DNA of 64,000 nt. It comes from an uncultured beta proteobacterium (GTDB taxonomy: Bacteria > Pseudomonadota > Gammaproteobacteria > Burkholderiales > SG8-39). A program made the translations under genes and the position numbers. The notes beneath the pieces were generated by a model. That model ran no database searches. It was not told where the DNA came from and saw only the letters and a list, made by a program, of their open reading frames with translations. How positions within the stretch are numbered: the stretch's first letter is position 1; each line of letters begins with the position of its first letter. The stretch is taken from the NCBI GenBank assembly GCA_963754305.1, contig CAVWFR010000011.1, positions 88,710 to 152,709 on the forward strand. The letters run 5' to 3'. Positions 11,747-20,686 of this stretch are shown one piece after another.

Positions 11747-12661
11747 ATGAGCAAGCCCCACCACACCGCCATCGCATTCGCCGACATCGCGGCGAGCGCA
11801 CGCCTCTACCGCGAGCTCGGCGACGCGGCGGCGAGCGACGTGTCGCGCGCGTTCGCCGCGCGCGCGCGGGAGCTGCTGCCGCGTTACGACGGCCGCCTGG
11901 TGAAGGCCCTCGGCGACGGGGTGATGTGCGCGTTCTCCGGCGCGGAGCAGGCGGTACTCGCGATGGGCGCGCTGCATGCGGCGATCGCCGCGACGCCGGC
12001 CGAAGGCAGTGCGATCAAGCTGCACACCGGCATCAGCGTCGGCCCGGTGATCGCCCACGGCGACGATCTCTACGGCACCGTCGTCAACGTCGCCGCGTAT
12101 CTCGCCGCGACCGCGCGGGCGGAGCAGATCCTGGTGACGCAGGGTGTGGTCGATACGCTGTCGCTGGCGACTGCCGGCAGCGCGCGCGCCGTCTACACCA
12201 CGCGGCTCAAGGGCGACGAGCGCGACTCGACCATCTACGAGATCCTCTGGCAGATCGATCCGGGCGAGGTCACCCTGCGGAACGTCGTGCGCCCGCACCA
12301 GGCGGGCGCCGACGAGGGGGCCCTGGTGCTGGTGGCAGCCTCCGGCACGCTCATGATCGATCGCACGCGACCGCGGGCGCACCTCGGCCGCGATGGGAGC
12401 AACGATCTCGCCGTCGCCGATCCGCTCGCGTCGCGGCGGCACGCGACGATCGAGCTCGACGTGGTGCGCGTGCGCCTCGTCGACGAGAGCGCGAACGGCA
12501 CCTACGTGCAGTTCGATGGCTCGGCGGAGGAGATCCATCTCGTCTGCGGCGAGACGCTGCTCCACGGCTCCGGCCGGATCAGCCTCGGCCGCTCTCTCAC
12601 CGATCCGCTCGCGCAGCCGATCGCGTTCCGGCGCGACCGGCGGGCGCTCTACCGGGTCTAG
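11747..12661 (+). CDS. Class III nucleotidyl cyclase domain fused to a C-terminal FHA domain
   Basis: 304 aa from ATG 11747. Cyclase motifs IAFADIAAS, VKALGDGVMCAF, GTVVNVAAYL. FHA motifs LGRDGSNDLAVADPLASRRHATI...DESANGTYV. Confidence 0.8.
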   Translation: MSKPHHTAIAFADIAASARLYRELGDAAASDVSRAFAARARELLPRYDGRLVKALGDGVMCAFSGAEQAVLAMGALHAAIAATPAEGSAIKLHTGISVGPVIAHGDDLYGTVVNVAAYLAATARAEQILVTQGVVDTLSLATAGSARAVYTTRLKGDERDSTIYEILWQIDPGEVTLRNVVRPHQAGADEGALVLVAASGTLMIDRTRPRAHLGRDGSNDLAVADPLASRRHATIELDVVRVRLVDESANGTYVQFDGSAEEIHLVCGETLLHGSGRISLGRSLTDPLAQPIAFRRDRRALYRV

Positions 12662-12673
12662 CGTAAGAGCCGG

Positions 12674-14254
12674 CTAGTCGCGGCGGCGCGCGAGCTTCGC
12701 CGCCGGCGGCTTCCGCACCGGCGCGGGCAACGGCACCATCTGCGGCACCTGCAGGACCTGGCACCCTTCGACACAGCAGCGCCCGGGCTGCCGGTTGCGG
12801 GTGATCTTCCGCACCGCGTCCGACAGCACGCCGCGCTCGAGCAGGCGCTCGACGAGGTCGACCTTGTTGCCGAGCGGGTAGTTGCGCCAGATCTCCATCT
12901 TCATCGCCTCCGGCGAGCCGCCGCCGTGCAGCGAGATCACCGAGTACCAGCCGCCCTGGTAGGACGCGGTGAGATCCTCGACCAGGCGCGCGACCTCGAT
13001 CCGCTTCTCGTACGGAATGTCGGAGCGCGCACCGAGCAGCTCGGACAGGCGCCCGGCGGTCGCCGGGTTGTGGTCCTCGTCGGGGCCAGGCAGCGTGACG
13101 ATCAGCCCGCCCGAGACGTGGTGCGCGAGGCGGTGCATGTCGTAGATCTGCGTCGCGAGGAGCAGCTTGCCGATGTTCGCGAACACCGTCTCCGGCATGA
13201 CGACGCCCGACTCGTCCGGCGCGCAGTAGACCGACGCCGCGACGCCGCACGCATAGAACCCTTCCACGATCTTGATCAGCTCGACCATCGCCTCGCGGAG
13301 ATTGCCGGCGTCGTCGAGGTCGATGCCGTTCGCCTCGGTCATCAGCGCGCCCGCGCCGATCAGGAGGTCGCCGAAGCCGCCGCGCGCCGCGATGCAGGTG
13401 TGGCGGTGATGCGTCGCGTAGCTGTAGGTGAGAAAGCCCGAGTGCTCCCATTCGCCGCCTAGGAACACGCGCTCCCACGGCACGAACACGCGGTCGAAGA
13501 TCGCGACGCCGGTCGATTGTCCGTAGCGGCCGCTGAACTTCGCCGCTTTCTCGCCCGGCCGCCCCGCGGGGCGCGCGACGATGGTGAGCCCCTCGGCGTC
13601 GATCGGCACCGCGCAGCAGACGGCGAAGGCCGCGTCCTCGCGCGTCATGTTGCGGCAGGGCATGACGAGCAGCTCGTGGACGTACGGCGCGGCGGTGATG
13701 ATCGCCTTTACGCCCGCCAGGACGATGCCGTCCTTACGACGCTCGGCAATATGAACATAGCTCGCCCGGTTCGGCTGCTCGTGCGGCCTGAGCGAGCGGT
13801 CGCCCTTGCCATCGGTCATCGCGATGCCGAGCGCGAGGTCCTCCGCGTGCACCCGGTCGATGTAAGCGGCGGCGCGCGCGGCATAGCCGGTTCCCTTGTC
13901 GGCATCGATGCGATGCGTGGCCTGCCGGATCGCGGCGAGCGCGTCGCCGCCGAGATAGCGCTGCGCGCAGCCGGTCTCTTGACATAGCAGCCGCACCGCC
14001 TCGAGCTTGTTGAGGAGATCCTGGCTCGAGGCCGGGATCGCGTTCATCCGGTTCACCTCGTGCGTGCCCGCGCGAACGCGCATCACCGGCGCGAGGTGCT
14101 CGCGCAGCGCGAAGTCGTAGGTGAGACCGATCGCATTCACGCCGGGCGCGAGCGACGGCTCGTCGGCGACCGACGCGACGGCGCGGCCGTCGACGTAGAC
14201 GCGCGGGTGGTAACGGCGGAGCGATTCGCGGTATTCGTGCGACGAGAGCAGCAT
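12674..14254 (-). CDS. 4-hydroxyphenylacetate 3-hydroxylase / 4-hydroxybutyryl-CoA dehydratase (HpaB/AbfD) family protein
   Basis: 526 aa with family-typical length and blocks (VYVDGR..., GIAMTDGKGDRSLRPHEQ, VFVPWERVF, SLHGGGSPEAMKMEI). Extra C-terminal tail of about 40 aa with CCVEGC and a basic end. Confidence 0.75.
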   Translation of the reverse strand: MLLSSHEYRESLRRYHPRVYVDGRAVASVADEPSLAPGVNAIGLTYDFALREHLAPVMRVRAGTHEVNRMNAIPASSQDLLNKLEAVRLLCQETGCAQRYLGGDALAAIRQATHRIDADKGTGYAARAAAYIDRVHAEDLALGIAMTDGKGDRSLRPHEQPNRASYVHIAERRKDGIVLAGVKAIITAAPYVHELLVMPCRNMTREDAAFAVCCAVPIDAEGLTIVARPAGRPGEKAAKFSGRYGQSTGVAIFDRVFVPWERVFLGGEWEHSGFLTYSYATHHRHTCIAARGGFGDLLIGAGALMTEANGIDLDDAGNLREAMVELIKIVEGFYACGVAASVYCAPDESGVVMPETVFANIGKLLLATQIYDMHRLAHHVSGGLIVTLPGPDEDHNPATAGRLSELLGARSDIPYEKRIEVARLVEDLTASYQGGWYSVISLHGGGSPEAMKMEIWRNYPLGNKVDLVERLLERGVLSDAVRKITRNRQPGRCCVEGCQVLQVPQMVPLPAPVRKPPAAKLARRRD

Positions 14255-14345
14255 GGCGAGTCTCCGCTACCGGACAGGCGGAGCATACCGCGCCCAAGCC
14301 GCTACACTCGCTCCCCGCGCCCGTTCGCCTCCCGGAGCCACACGC

Positions 14346-17321
14346 ATGGCCCAGTCCAGCCTCACCGCCGGCGGCGCTCGCCGGCGGTATCCACTCGCCG
14401 TCCACATCGCGACGCTCTTCGTGGCGCTGCTCGCCATCGCCGGGCTGGCGATCGGCGGGCTCGCCTACTACCGCAGCGCGGAGATGCTCACGCGCGCCAC
14501 GGACGATCTCTTCGATCGCATCGCGCGCGAGACGACGCTCGAGGTCGAGCGCATCGTGACACCGGGCGAGGCGCTCGTCGACATCCTCGCGCAGACGCGC
14601 CTCGCCACCGCCGGGAGCCTCGCCGAGCGCCTCGACACGCTCCCGCTCCTCCATGAAGGGTTCGCCGTATCCGCGAACGTCTCGGCCATCTACGCCAGCT
14701 ACGCGAACGGGGATTTCTTTCTGGTGCGGCGGGTGCCGGAGTCGCCGGAGGCGCGCACGGCGCCCGGCGGCCCCGCGCGCGCGGCGTTCCTCGTGCAAAG
14801 CATCGAGCGCGATCGGCAGGGCGGGGCCGCGGGCACCTTCGTCTGGCTCGATGCCGCTCTCGCGCGCCTCGCCACCGAGAGCCGGCCGGACTACGCCGCG
14901 TTCGACCCTCGCACCCGGCCGTGGTATCTCGCCGCAGCGAATGCGGACGGCCAGATCAAGACCGCGCCCTACCCGTTCTTCACCACCAACGAGATCGGCG
15001 TCACCCTCGCGCGCCGCGCCCCCGGGCTGAAGTCGGTCGTCGGGGCCGACATCACTTTGCGGGCGATCGGGGCGGCGCTGGCGCGCCAACGCATCACGCC
15101 CGGCACCGAGATCGCGCTCGCGAATGCTGATGGCCGCGTAATCGCGCATCCGAACGCTGCGCGCGTACTGCGGGCCGGTACGGCCGCTGCCGGATTCCCG
15201 GAGCAGGCCGCGCTCGCCGAGCTGGGAACGCCGGTGCTCGCGGCGCTCGCCGCCCGGCTGGGGCCCGGAGCCGGCGGCACGCCGCAGGCGCAGACGGCTG
15301 ACATCGACGCCGGGGGCCGCGTGTGGCGCACCCTGGTCGCCCCGCTGCCGCTCAAGGGGGTGGCGGCCGCGCCGCCGCGGCTCGTGTTCGCGGTGCCGCT
15401 CGACGACCTGCTTACGGAGGCGCGCCGGGTCGCGCGCGACTCGGCGGCGGCGACCGCCGCCGTCCTCGGCGCGGCGCTCGTGCTCGCCCTCTTCGCCGCG
15501 CGCGCGATCGCCCGGCCGCTCAACTCGCTGGTCGGCGAAGCGAACGCGATCCGGCGCTTCGAGTTCTCGCGGCCGGTGCAGGTGGAATCGCTCGTGAAGG
15601 AGGTCGACGAGCTCGCCGGCACGATGGACGAGATGAAGCGCTCGATCCGGCGCTTCCTCGACATGAGCACGGCGCTCGCCGCCGAACCCGATCTCGACCG
15701 CCTGCTGGCGCGGCTCCTCGACGAGACGATCGCGGCGAGCGGCGCGCGGGGCGGCGTGCTCCATCTCGCTTCGGACGACGGACGGACGCTCACCCCGGCG
15801 GCAGCGCGGATCGCGGGGAGCGCGGTCGATGCCGCGACGCTGCCGCCGATCGACCTCGCGCGGGCGGCGTCGGGGCATCCGGTGAAGGAAGCGATCGCCG
15901 CCGGCGCCGCGCGCGCGTTCCCGGGCGGGCACGCTGATGGTCTCGAGGCACTGCTTGCCGCGGCCGGGGACGAGCGCGCGACGCTGGTCATCGCCCCGCT
16001 CGCGAACCGCCGCCGCGAGCTGCTCGGCCTGATCGCGCTCGTCTGCCCCGAGCGCGCCGGCATCGAGCGGGAGCTGGTCGAGTTCATCGGCGCGCTCACC
16101 GGCTCGGCGGCGGTGTCGCTCGAGACGAAGCAGCTCATCCAGGCGCAGAAGGCGCTGTTCGAGGCGTTCATCCGGCTGATCGCCTCCGCGATCGATGCGA
16201 AGAGCCCGTACACCGGCGGCCACTGCGCGCGCGTGCCCGAGCTGACGAAAATGCTCGCGCGCGCGGCCTGCGCTGCAACCGACGGCCCCTACAGGGATTT
16301 CGCGCTGTCCGAGGAGGAATGGGAGGCCGTCCACCTGGGCGCGTGGCTGCACGACTGCGGCAAGGTCACCACGCCGGAGTACATCGTCGACAAGGCGACC
16401 AAGCTCGAGACGATCTGCGACCGCATCCACGAGGTCCGGATGCGGTTCGAGGTGCTCAAGCGCGATGCGGAGATCGACTACTGGAAGCGGGTCGCGGAAG
16501 GAGGCGACCGCGCCAGCCTCCGGGCGATGCTCGAGGCGGAGTGGCGCACGCTGGATGCGGACTTCGCTTTCGTCGCCCAGTGCAACGAGGGCGGCGAGTT
16601 CATGGCGCCTGAGCGCGTAGCGCGACTCAAGGGCATCGCCGTCCGGACCTGGACGCGCACGCTCGACGACCGCCTCGGCATCGCGCACGAGGAGCGCAAG
16701 CGCAAGGAACGCTCGCCGCCCGCCCCGCTACCTGCGACCGAACCCCTGCTCGCCGACAAGCCCGAGCACCTGATCGAGCGCCGACCTGCCGACCGGATGG
16801 CGGAGGGCAACCGGTGGGGCTTTCGCGTGCAGACCCCCGAGCTTCTCTACAACCGCGGCGAGTTGTACAACCTCGCGGTCGGACGCGGCACGCTGTCGGA
16901 GGAGGAGCGCTACAAGATCAACGAGCACATGATCCAGACGATCATCATGCTCTCGGCGTTGCCCTTCCCGCGCCACCTGCGGAACGTCCCGGAGATCGCC
17001 GGCGGGCACCACGAGAAGATGGACGGCACCGGTTACCCGAAGCGCCTGAGCCGCGACGAGATGAGCCCGGTGGCGCGGATGATGGCGATCGCGGACATCT
17101 TCGAGGCGCTCACGGCCGCCGACCGCCCTTACAAAAAAGCGAAGAAGCTCTCCGAGGCGATCAAGATCATGGGGTTCATGAAGCAGGACAAGCACGTCGA
17201 CCCGGAGCTCTTCGATCTCTTCCTGACCTCCGGGGTGTATCGGGAGTACGCGGCGCGGTTTCTCGCGCCGGAGCAGATCGACGCGGTGGACGTTGCGGCT
17301 GCCGTCGGCGCGGCACGCTAA
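14346..17321 (+). CDS. Membrane sensor HD-GYP phosphodiesterase (Cache-like periplasmic domain, HAMP, GAF, HD-GYP)
   Basis: 991 aa from ATG 14346. TM, about 280-aa extracytoplasmic domain, TM, then a HAMP-like ARPLNSLVGEANAIRRFEF and a GAF-like region. HD motif HLGAWLHDCGK and HHEKMDGTGYPKRL. Confidence 0.85.
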   Translation: MAQSSLTAGGARRRYPLAVHIATLFVALLAIAGLAIGGLAYYRSAEMLTRATDDLFDRIARETTLEVERIVTPGEALVDILAQTRLATAGSLAERLDTLPLLHEGFAVSANVSAIYASYANGDFFLVRRVPESPEARTAPGGPARAAFLVQSIERDRQGGAAGTFVWLDAALARLATESRPDYAAFDPRTRPWYLAAANADGQIKTAPYPFFTTNEIGVTLARRAPGLKSVVGADITLRAIGAALARQRITPGTEIALANADGRVIAHPNAARVLRAGTAAAGFPEQAALAELGTPVLAALAARLGPGAGGTPQAQTADIDAGGRVWRTLVAPLPLKGVAAAPPRLVFAVPLDDLLTEARRVARDSAAATAAVLGAALVLALFAARAIARPLNSLVGEANAIRRFEFSRPVQVESLVKEVDELAGTMDEMKRSIRRFLDMSTALAAEPDLDRLLARLLDETIAASGARGGVLHLASDDGRTLTPAAARIAGSAVDAATLPPIDLARAASGHPVKEAIAAGAARAFPGGHADGLEALLAAAGDERATLVIAPLANRRRELLGLIALVCPERAGIERELVEFIGALTGSAAVSLETKQLIQAQKALFEAFIRLIASAIDAKSPYTGGHCARVPELTKMLARAACAATDGPYRDFALSEEEWEAVHLGAWLHDCGKVTTPEYIVDKATKLETICDRIHEVRMRFEVLKRDAEIDYWKRVAEGGDRASLRAMLEAEWRTLDADFAFVAQCNEGGEFMAPERVARLKGIAVRTWTRTLDDRLGIAHEERKRKERSPPAPLPATEPLLADKPEHLIERRPADRMAEGNRWGFRVQTPELLYNRGELYNLAVGRGTLSEEERYKINEHMIQTIIMLSALPFPRHLRNVPEIAGGHHEKMDGTGYPKRLSRDEMSPVARMMAIADIFEALTAADRPYKKAKKLSEAIKIMGFMKQDKHVDPELFDLFLTSGVYREYAARFLAPEQIDAVDVAAAVGAAR

Positions 17322-17445
17322 GCCCTTCGCCGCCGCGATCGGCGCAGCGCATATCGGGGCCCGAGCGACCGCTGGCGCGCCGCTCGGCCGCTGCAGTACG
17401 ATTGCGGCTGCTTCTGGACACGACAACCACGAAAAAGGAGGAGCC

Positions 17446-18711
17446 ATGACGCGATCGTTCGTGCATCTCGCCGCCGCCGCCGCGGCCGCATTCGCCGCTA
17501 GCTGCGCCTTGGCGCAGGCCCCGGTCAAGGTCGGCATCGTCACCTTCCTCTCGGGACCCGCCGCCGGTCCGTTCGGCGTCCCGGCGCGAAACTCGGCCGA
17601 GATCATGGCCGAGACGCTCAACGCCGGGCGCGTGCCGGGCGCGTACGCGACCAAGGGCTACGGCGGCGCGCCAGTCGAGCTGGTCATCATCGACGAGGCA
17701 GGCGGTCCGCAGAAGCAGGTTGCGGAGCTTCGCAACCTCGCGCAGCGCGTGGACCTCGTGATCGGCTACATCTCGAGCGGCGACTGCCTCGCGGTGGCGC
17801 CGGTGGCCGAGGAGCTGAAGAAGCTCACCGTGCTCTTCGACTGCGGCACACCGCGCATTTTCGAGGACGCGAGCTACCGGTACGTGTTCCGCACCGGCGC
17901 GCACGCGACCGGCGACGCCGTCGCGCTCGCGCGGTACGTGCTCGACCGCAAGCCCGGGGTCAAGTCGTTCGCCGGAATCAACCAGAACTACGCTTGGGGG
18001 CAGGACTCGTGGAACGACTTCGAGGCCGCGATGAAGGCGCTCAAGCCCGACGTCGAGGTGAAAACCTCGCAGATGCCGAAGCTCTTCGCCGGGCAGTTCG
18101 GCGCCGAGATCTCCACGCTGCTCTCGAGCAACGCGGAGGTGATCCACTCCAGCTTCTGGGGCGGAGATCTCGAGGGGCTGGTGTTGCAGGGCGTTCCGCG
18201 CGGCCTGTTTCAGAAGCACCTGGTGCTGCTCGCCGCGGGCGAGCCGGCGATCAACCGCCTCGGCACCCGGATCCCCGACGGCACGATCATCGGCGCGCGT
18301 GGCCCGTTCGGCCCGTTCTCGCCCGGCACCGAGCTCGACAAGTGGTTCCGGGGCGCGTTCCAGGAACGCTACGGCGTGCCGCCGAACTACGCCGCGTACA
18401 AGATGGCGCAGGCTATCCTCGGGGTGAAGGCGGCCTACGAGAAGGCGCAGAAGGCCGGTGCAGCGACGCCCAACCAGGACCAGATCATTCCCGCGCTGGA
18501 GAACCTCACGTTCGAGGCGCCCGGCGGCCCCGTGCGCATGGCGCTCGGCAAGGGGCATCAGGCCGTCCAGGGCGTGGCGTACGGCGTCGTGAAGAACGCC
18601 GGCGGCGAGCTTACGCTGGTGGACGTCAAGCACTACCCGCCCGAGCAGACGACCCCGCCGGACGGGGTGAAGAGCGAGGCCTGGATCAAGTCGGGGTTCA
18701 AGGCGAAGTAG
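17446..18711 (+). CDS. Liv-type (family 4) ABC transporter substrate-binding protein
   Basis: 421 aa from ATG 17446, preceded by AAAGGAGGAG. Signal peptide ...ASCALAQAPVKVGIV. Periplasmic-binding-protein type I layout. Confidence 0.85.
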   Translation: MTRSFVHLAAAAAAAFAASCALAQAPVKVGIVTFLSGPAAGPFGVPARNSAEIMAETLNAGRVPGAYATKGYGGAPVELVIIDEAGGPQKQVAELRNLAQRVDLVIGYISSGDCLAVAPVAEELKKLTVLFDCGTPRIFEDASYRYVFRTGAHATGDAVALARYVLDRKPGVKSFAGINQNYAWGQDSWNDFEAAMKALKPDVEVKTSQMPKLFAGQFGAEISTLLSSNAEVIHSSFWGGDLEGLVLQGVPRGLFQKHLVLLAAGEPAINRLGTRIPDGTIIGARGPFGPFSPGTELDKWFRGAFQERYGVPPNYAAYKMAQAILGVKAAYEKAQKAGAATPNQDQIIPALENLTFEAPGGPVRMALGKGHQAVQGVAYGVVKNAGGELTLVDVKHYPPEQTTPPDGVKSEAWIKSGFKAK

Positions 18712-18731
18712 CCGCACCGGGGGTGCGCGAG

Positions 18732-18753
18732 GGCGCGGGCGCAGGCCCGCGCC
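18732..18753 (+). terminator. Intra-operon GC hairpin after the binding-protein gene, followed by a C/T tract
   Basis: ggcgcgggc-gcag-gcccgcgcc (9-bp stem, tetraloop) 20 nt after the stop, then cccttcccccttcccccttccctccc (18755-18780). Likely an attenuator or mRNA-stabilising element rather than a full terminator. Confidence 0.4.
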
Positions 18754-18790
18754 GCCCTTCCCCCTTCCCCCTTCCCTCCCATCGCGCGCG

Positions 18791-19687
18791 ATGACCGACC
18801 TCGCCGCCGTCCTCTTCGACGGCGTCGTCTACTCCTCGTGGCTCTTCATGATGGCCGCCGGGCTCACGCTGATCTACGGCGTGATGAAGATCCTCAACAT
18901 CGCGCACGGGTCGCTCTACGCGCTCGGCGCGTACGCCGCCGCGTCTCTCGTCGGCGCCTGGCTCGCCGGCGGCCACCCGGCGATCGCGAGCTACGCGCTG
19001 CTCGCCGCCGCGGCCCTTCTGGTAGGACTCGTGACCGGTCCGCTCCTCGAGCGCGGGCTGTTGCGGCTCATGTATGGCAAGGACGAAGTGGTGCTGTTGC
19101 TGGTCACCTACGCCGTATTCCTGATCCTCGAGGACGTGATCAAGCTCGTCTGGGGCGTCGAGTCGCTCGTCGTCTCCGAGCCGTACGCGCTGCCCGGCAA
19201 CTTCCGGATCGGCGAGCTCGTCTACCCGGTCTACAACCTGATCCTCATCGGGGCGGCGGTGGCAATCGGGCTCGCGCTCGCTTGGGGCCTCTATCGGACG
19301 CGCGCCGGCAAGCTGCTCCTCGCCGTGATCCACGACCGCGAGATCAGCGCAGCGATGGGAATCAATGTCGACCGGACGTACCTCCTCACCTTCACGATCG
19401 GCGCGACGCTCGCCGCCGCCGGCGGCGCGCTGACCGCGCCGACCATCGCCGTTTCGCCGGGCATCGGCGTCGAGGTGATCGTGCTGTCGTTCGCGGTGGT
19501 CGTGATCGGCGGCCTCGGCAGCCTCGGCGGCGCGGCGCTCGGCGCGCTGATGGTGGGCGTGGTCCGCTCGATCACGGTGCGCTACTGGCCGGAGGCCGAA
19601 CTGTTCACGATCTACCTCGTGATGGCGCTGGTGCTGATCGCCCGGCCGAAGGGGCTGTTCGCGGCGCCCGAGGCGCGCAAGATATGA
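18791..19687 (+). CDS. Branched-chain amino acid-type ABC transporter permease (LivH-like)
   Basis: 298 aa, multi-TM, LivH-like blocks (ILNIAHGSLYALGAY, GGLGSLGGAALGAL). Confidence 0.9.
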   Translation: MTDLAAVLFDGVVYSSWLFMMAAGLTLIYGVMKILNIAHGSLYALGAYAAASLVGAWLAGGHPAIASYALLAAAALLVGLVTGPLLERGLLRLMYGKDEVVLLLVTYAVFLILEDVIKLVWGVESLVVSEPYALPGNFRIGELVYPVYNLILIGAAVAIGLALAWGLYRTRAGKLLLAVIHDREISAAMGINVDRTYLLTFTIGATLAAAGGALTAPTIAVSPGIGVEVIVLSFAVVVIGGLGSLGGAALGALMVGVVRSITVRYWPEAELFTIYLVMALVLIARPKGLFAAPEARKI

Positions 19688-20622
19688 GCCCCGACCGCAC
19701 CACTCTCGCCCTCGCGGTCCTCTGCGTGGGCCTCCTCGCGGCGGCGCCGGTCGCGCCGCAGTGGCTCGTTTTCCTGCTCACGCTCGCGCTCGCGAAGGGC
19801 CTCGTCGTCCTGGGGCTCCTGCTGCTGATGCGCACCGGGCTCGTGTCGTTCGGGCAAGGGCTCTACTTCGGCCTCGGGGCGTACGCGGCCGCGCTGCTCG
19901 GCGCGCGGGCGGGCCTCCTCGACGGGCTCGCGATGATCGTCGCCGGCATGACGACCGCGGCGGCCGTGGCGGCGGCGCTCGGCTTTCTCCTCGCGCGCTA
20001 CCGCGACATCTTCTTCGCGATGCTGTCGCTCGCGTTCTCGATGATCCTCTACGGCCTGCTGGTGAAGAGCTCGGCGCTCGGGTCCACGGACGGCTTCAAC
20101 CTGCATGCCAAGTCGTTCGCCGGCTTCGCGCTCGCCGACGGCATCGGACGGCGCGTCTTCTACGCCGCCGCGGTGATCGCCGTCTTCGCCGCCGGCGTCG
20201 CGGTCCATCGCTATCTCGGGTCGCATTACGGGCGGCTCGCCACCGCCGTCCGCGACAACGAACTGCGCGTCGAGTATCTCGGCGCGTCGGTGTTCCGGCT
20301 CGTGTACGCGAACTACGTCGCCGCGGGCGCGCTCGGCGGCCTCGGCGGCGCGCTCGCCGCGCTCGCGGTCGGGCACGTCGATCCCGAGACCGCGTACTGG
20401 ACGACCTCCGGCGAGTTCGTGTTCATCGCGGTGCTCGGCGGCACCGGCAACGTGCTCGCGCCGTTCCTCGCCGCCGGCGTGTTCGAGGCGGTGCGCACGC
20501 TGGCCAGCCAGTACGCGCCGAACGTGTGGCAGATGACGCTCGGCATCGTCATGCTGCTCCTCATCCTGTTCCTGCCGGCCGGGCTGTGGTCGCTGGTGGC
20601 GAAGGCCAGGGCGCGTGCGTGA
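19684..20622 (+). CDS. Branched-chain amino acid-type ABC transporter permease (LivM-like)
   Basis: 312 aa. ATG 19684 overlaps the livH-like stop (ATGA). GLVSFGQGLYFGLGAY, VLGGTGNVLAP. Confidence 0.9.
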   Translation: MSPDRTTLALAVLCVGLLAAAPVAPQWLVFLLTLALAKGLVVLGLLLLMRTGLVSFGQGLYFGLGAYAAALLGARAGLLDGLAMIVAGMTTAAAVAAALGFLLARYRDIFFAMLSLAFSMILYGLLVKSSALGSTDGFNLHAKSFAGFALADGIGRRVFYAAAVIAVFAAGVAVHRYLGSHYGRLATAVRDNELRVEYLGASVFRLVYANYVAAGALGGLGGALAALAVGHVDPETAYWTTSGEFVFIAVLGGTGNVLAPFLAAGVFEAVRTLASQYAPNVWQMTLGIVMLLLILFLPAGLWSLVAKARARA

Positions 20623-20686
20623 GCTCGCCAGGCCGCCGCAAGGGCGAACCCCCGAACGCGCGAGCCGGGAGGGTAGTCCAATGAGC
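20620..20686 (+). repeat. Intercistronic spacer element, copy A (stop codon to start codon)
   Basis: TGAGCTCGCCAGGCCGCCGCAAGGGCGAACCCCCGAACGCGCGAGCCGGGAGGGTAGTCCAATGAGC. By eye about 75% identical to 27819-27884. The last 21 nt (GGAGGGTAGTCCA[A/G]TGAGC) match at 20 of 21 positions. Confidence 0.7.

Noticed and set aside
9645-11750. 701-aa plus-strand ORF
   Set aside because: It is antisense to the S41 peptidase gene and is low-complexity, Arg/Gly/Glu-rich.
13734-16688. 984-aa ORF on the minus strand
   Set aside because: It is antisense to the HD-GYP sensor gene. Its composition is dominated by Arg/Ala/Gly/Pro and it has no motifs. This is a typical open antisense frame in 70% GC DNA.
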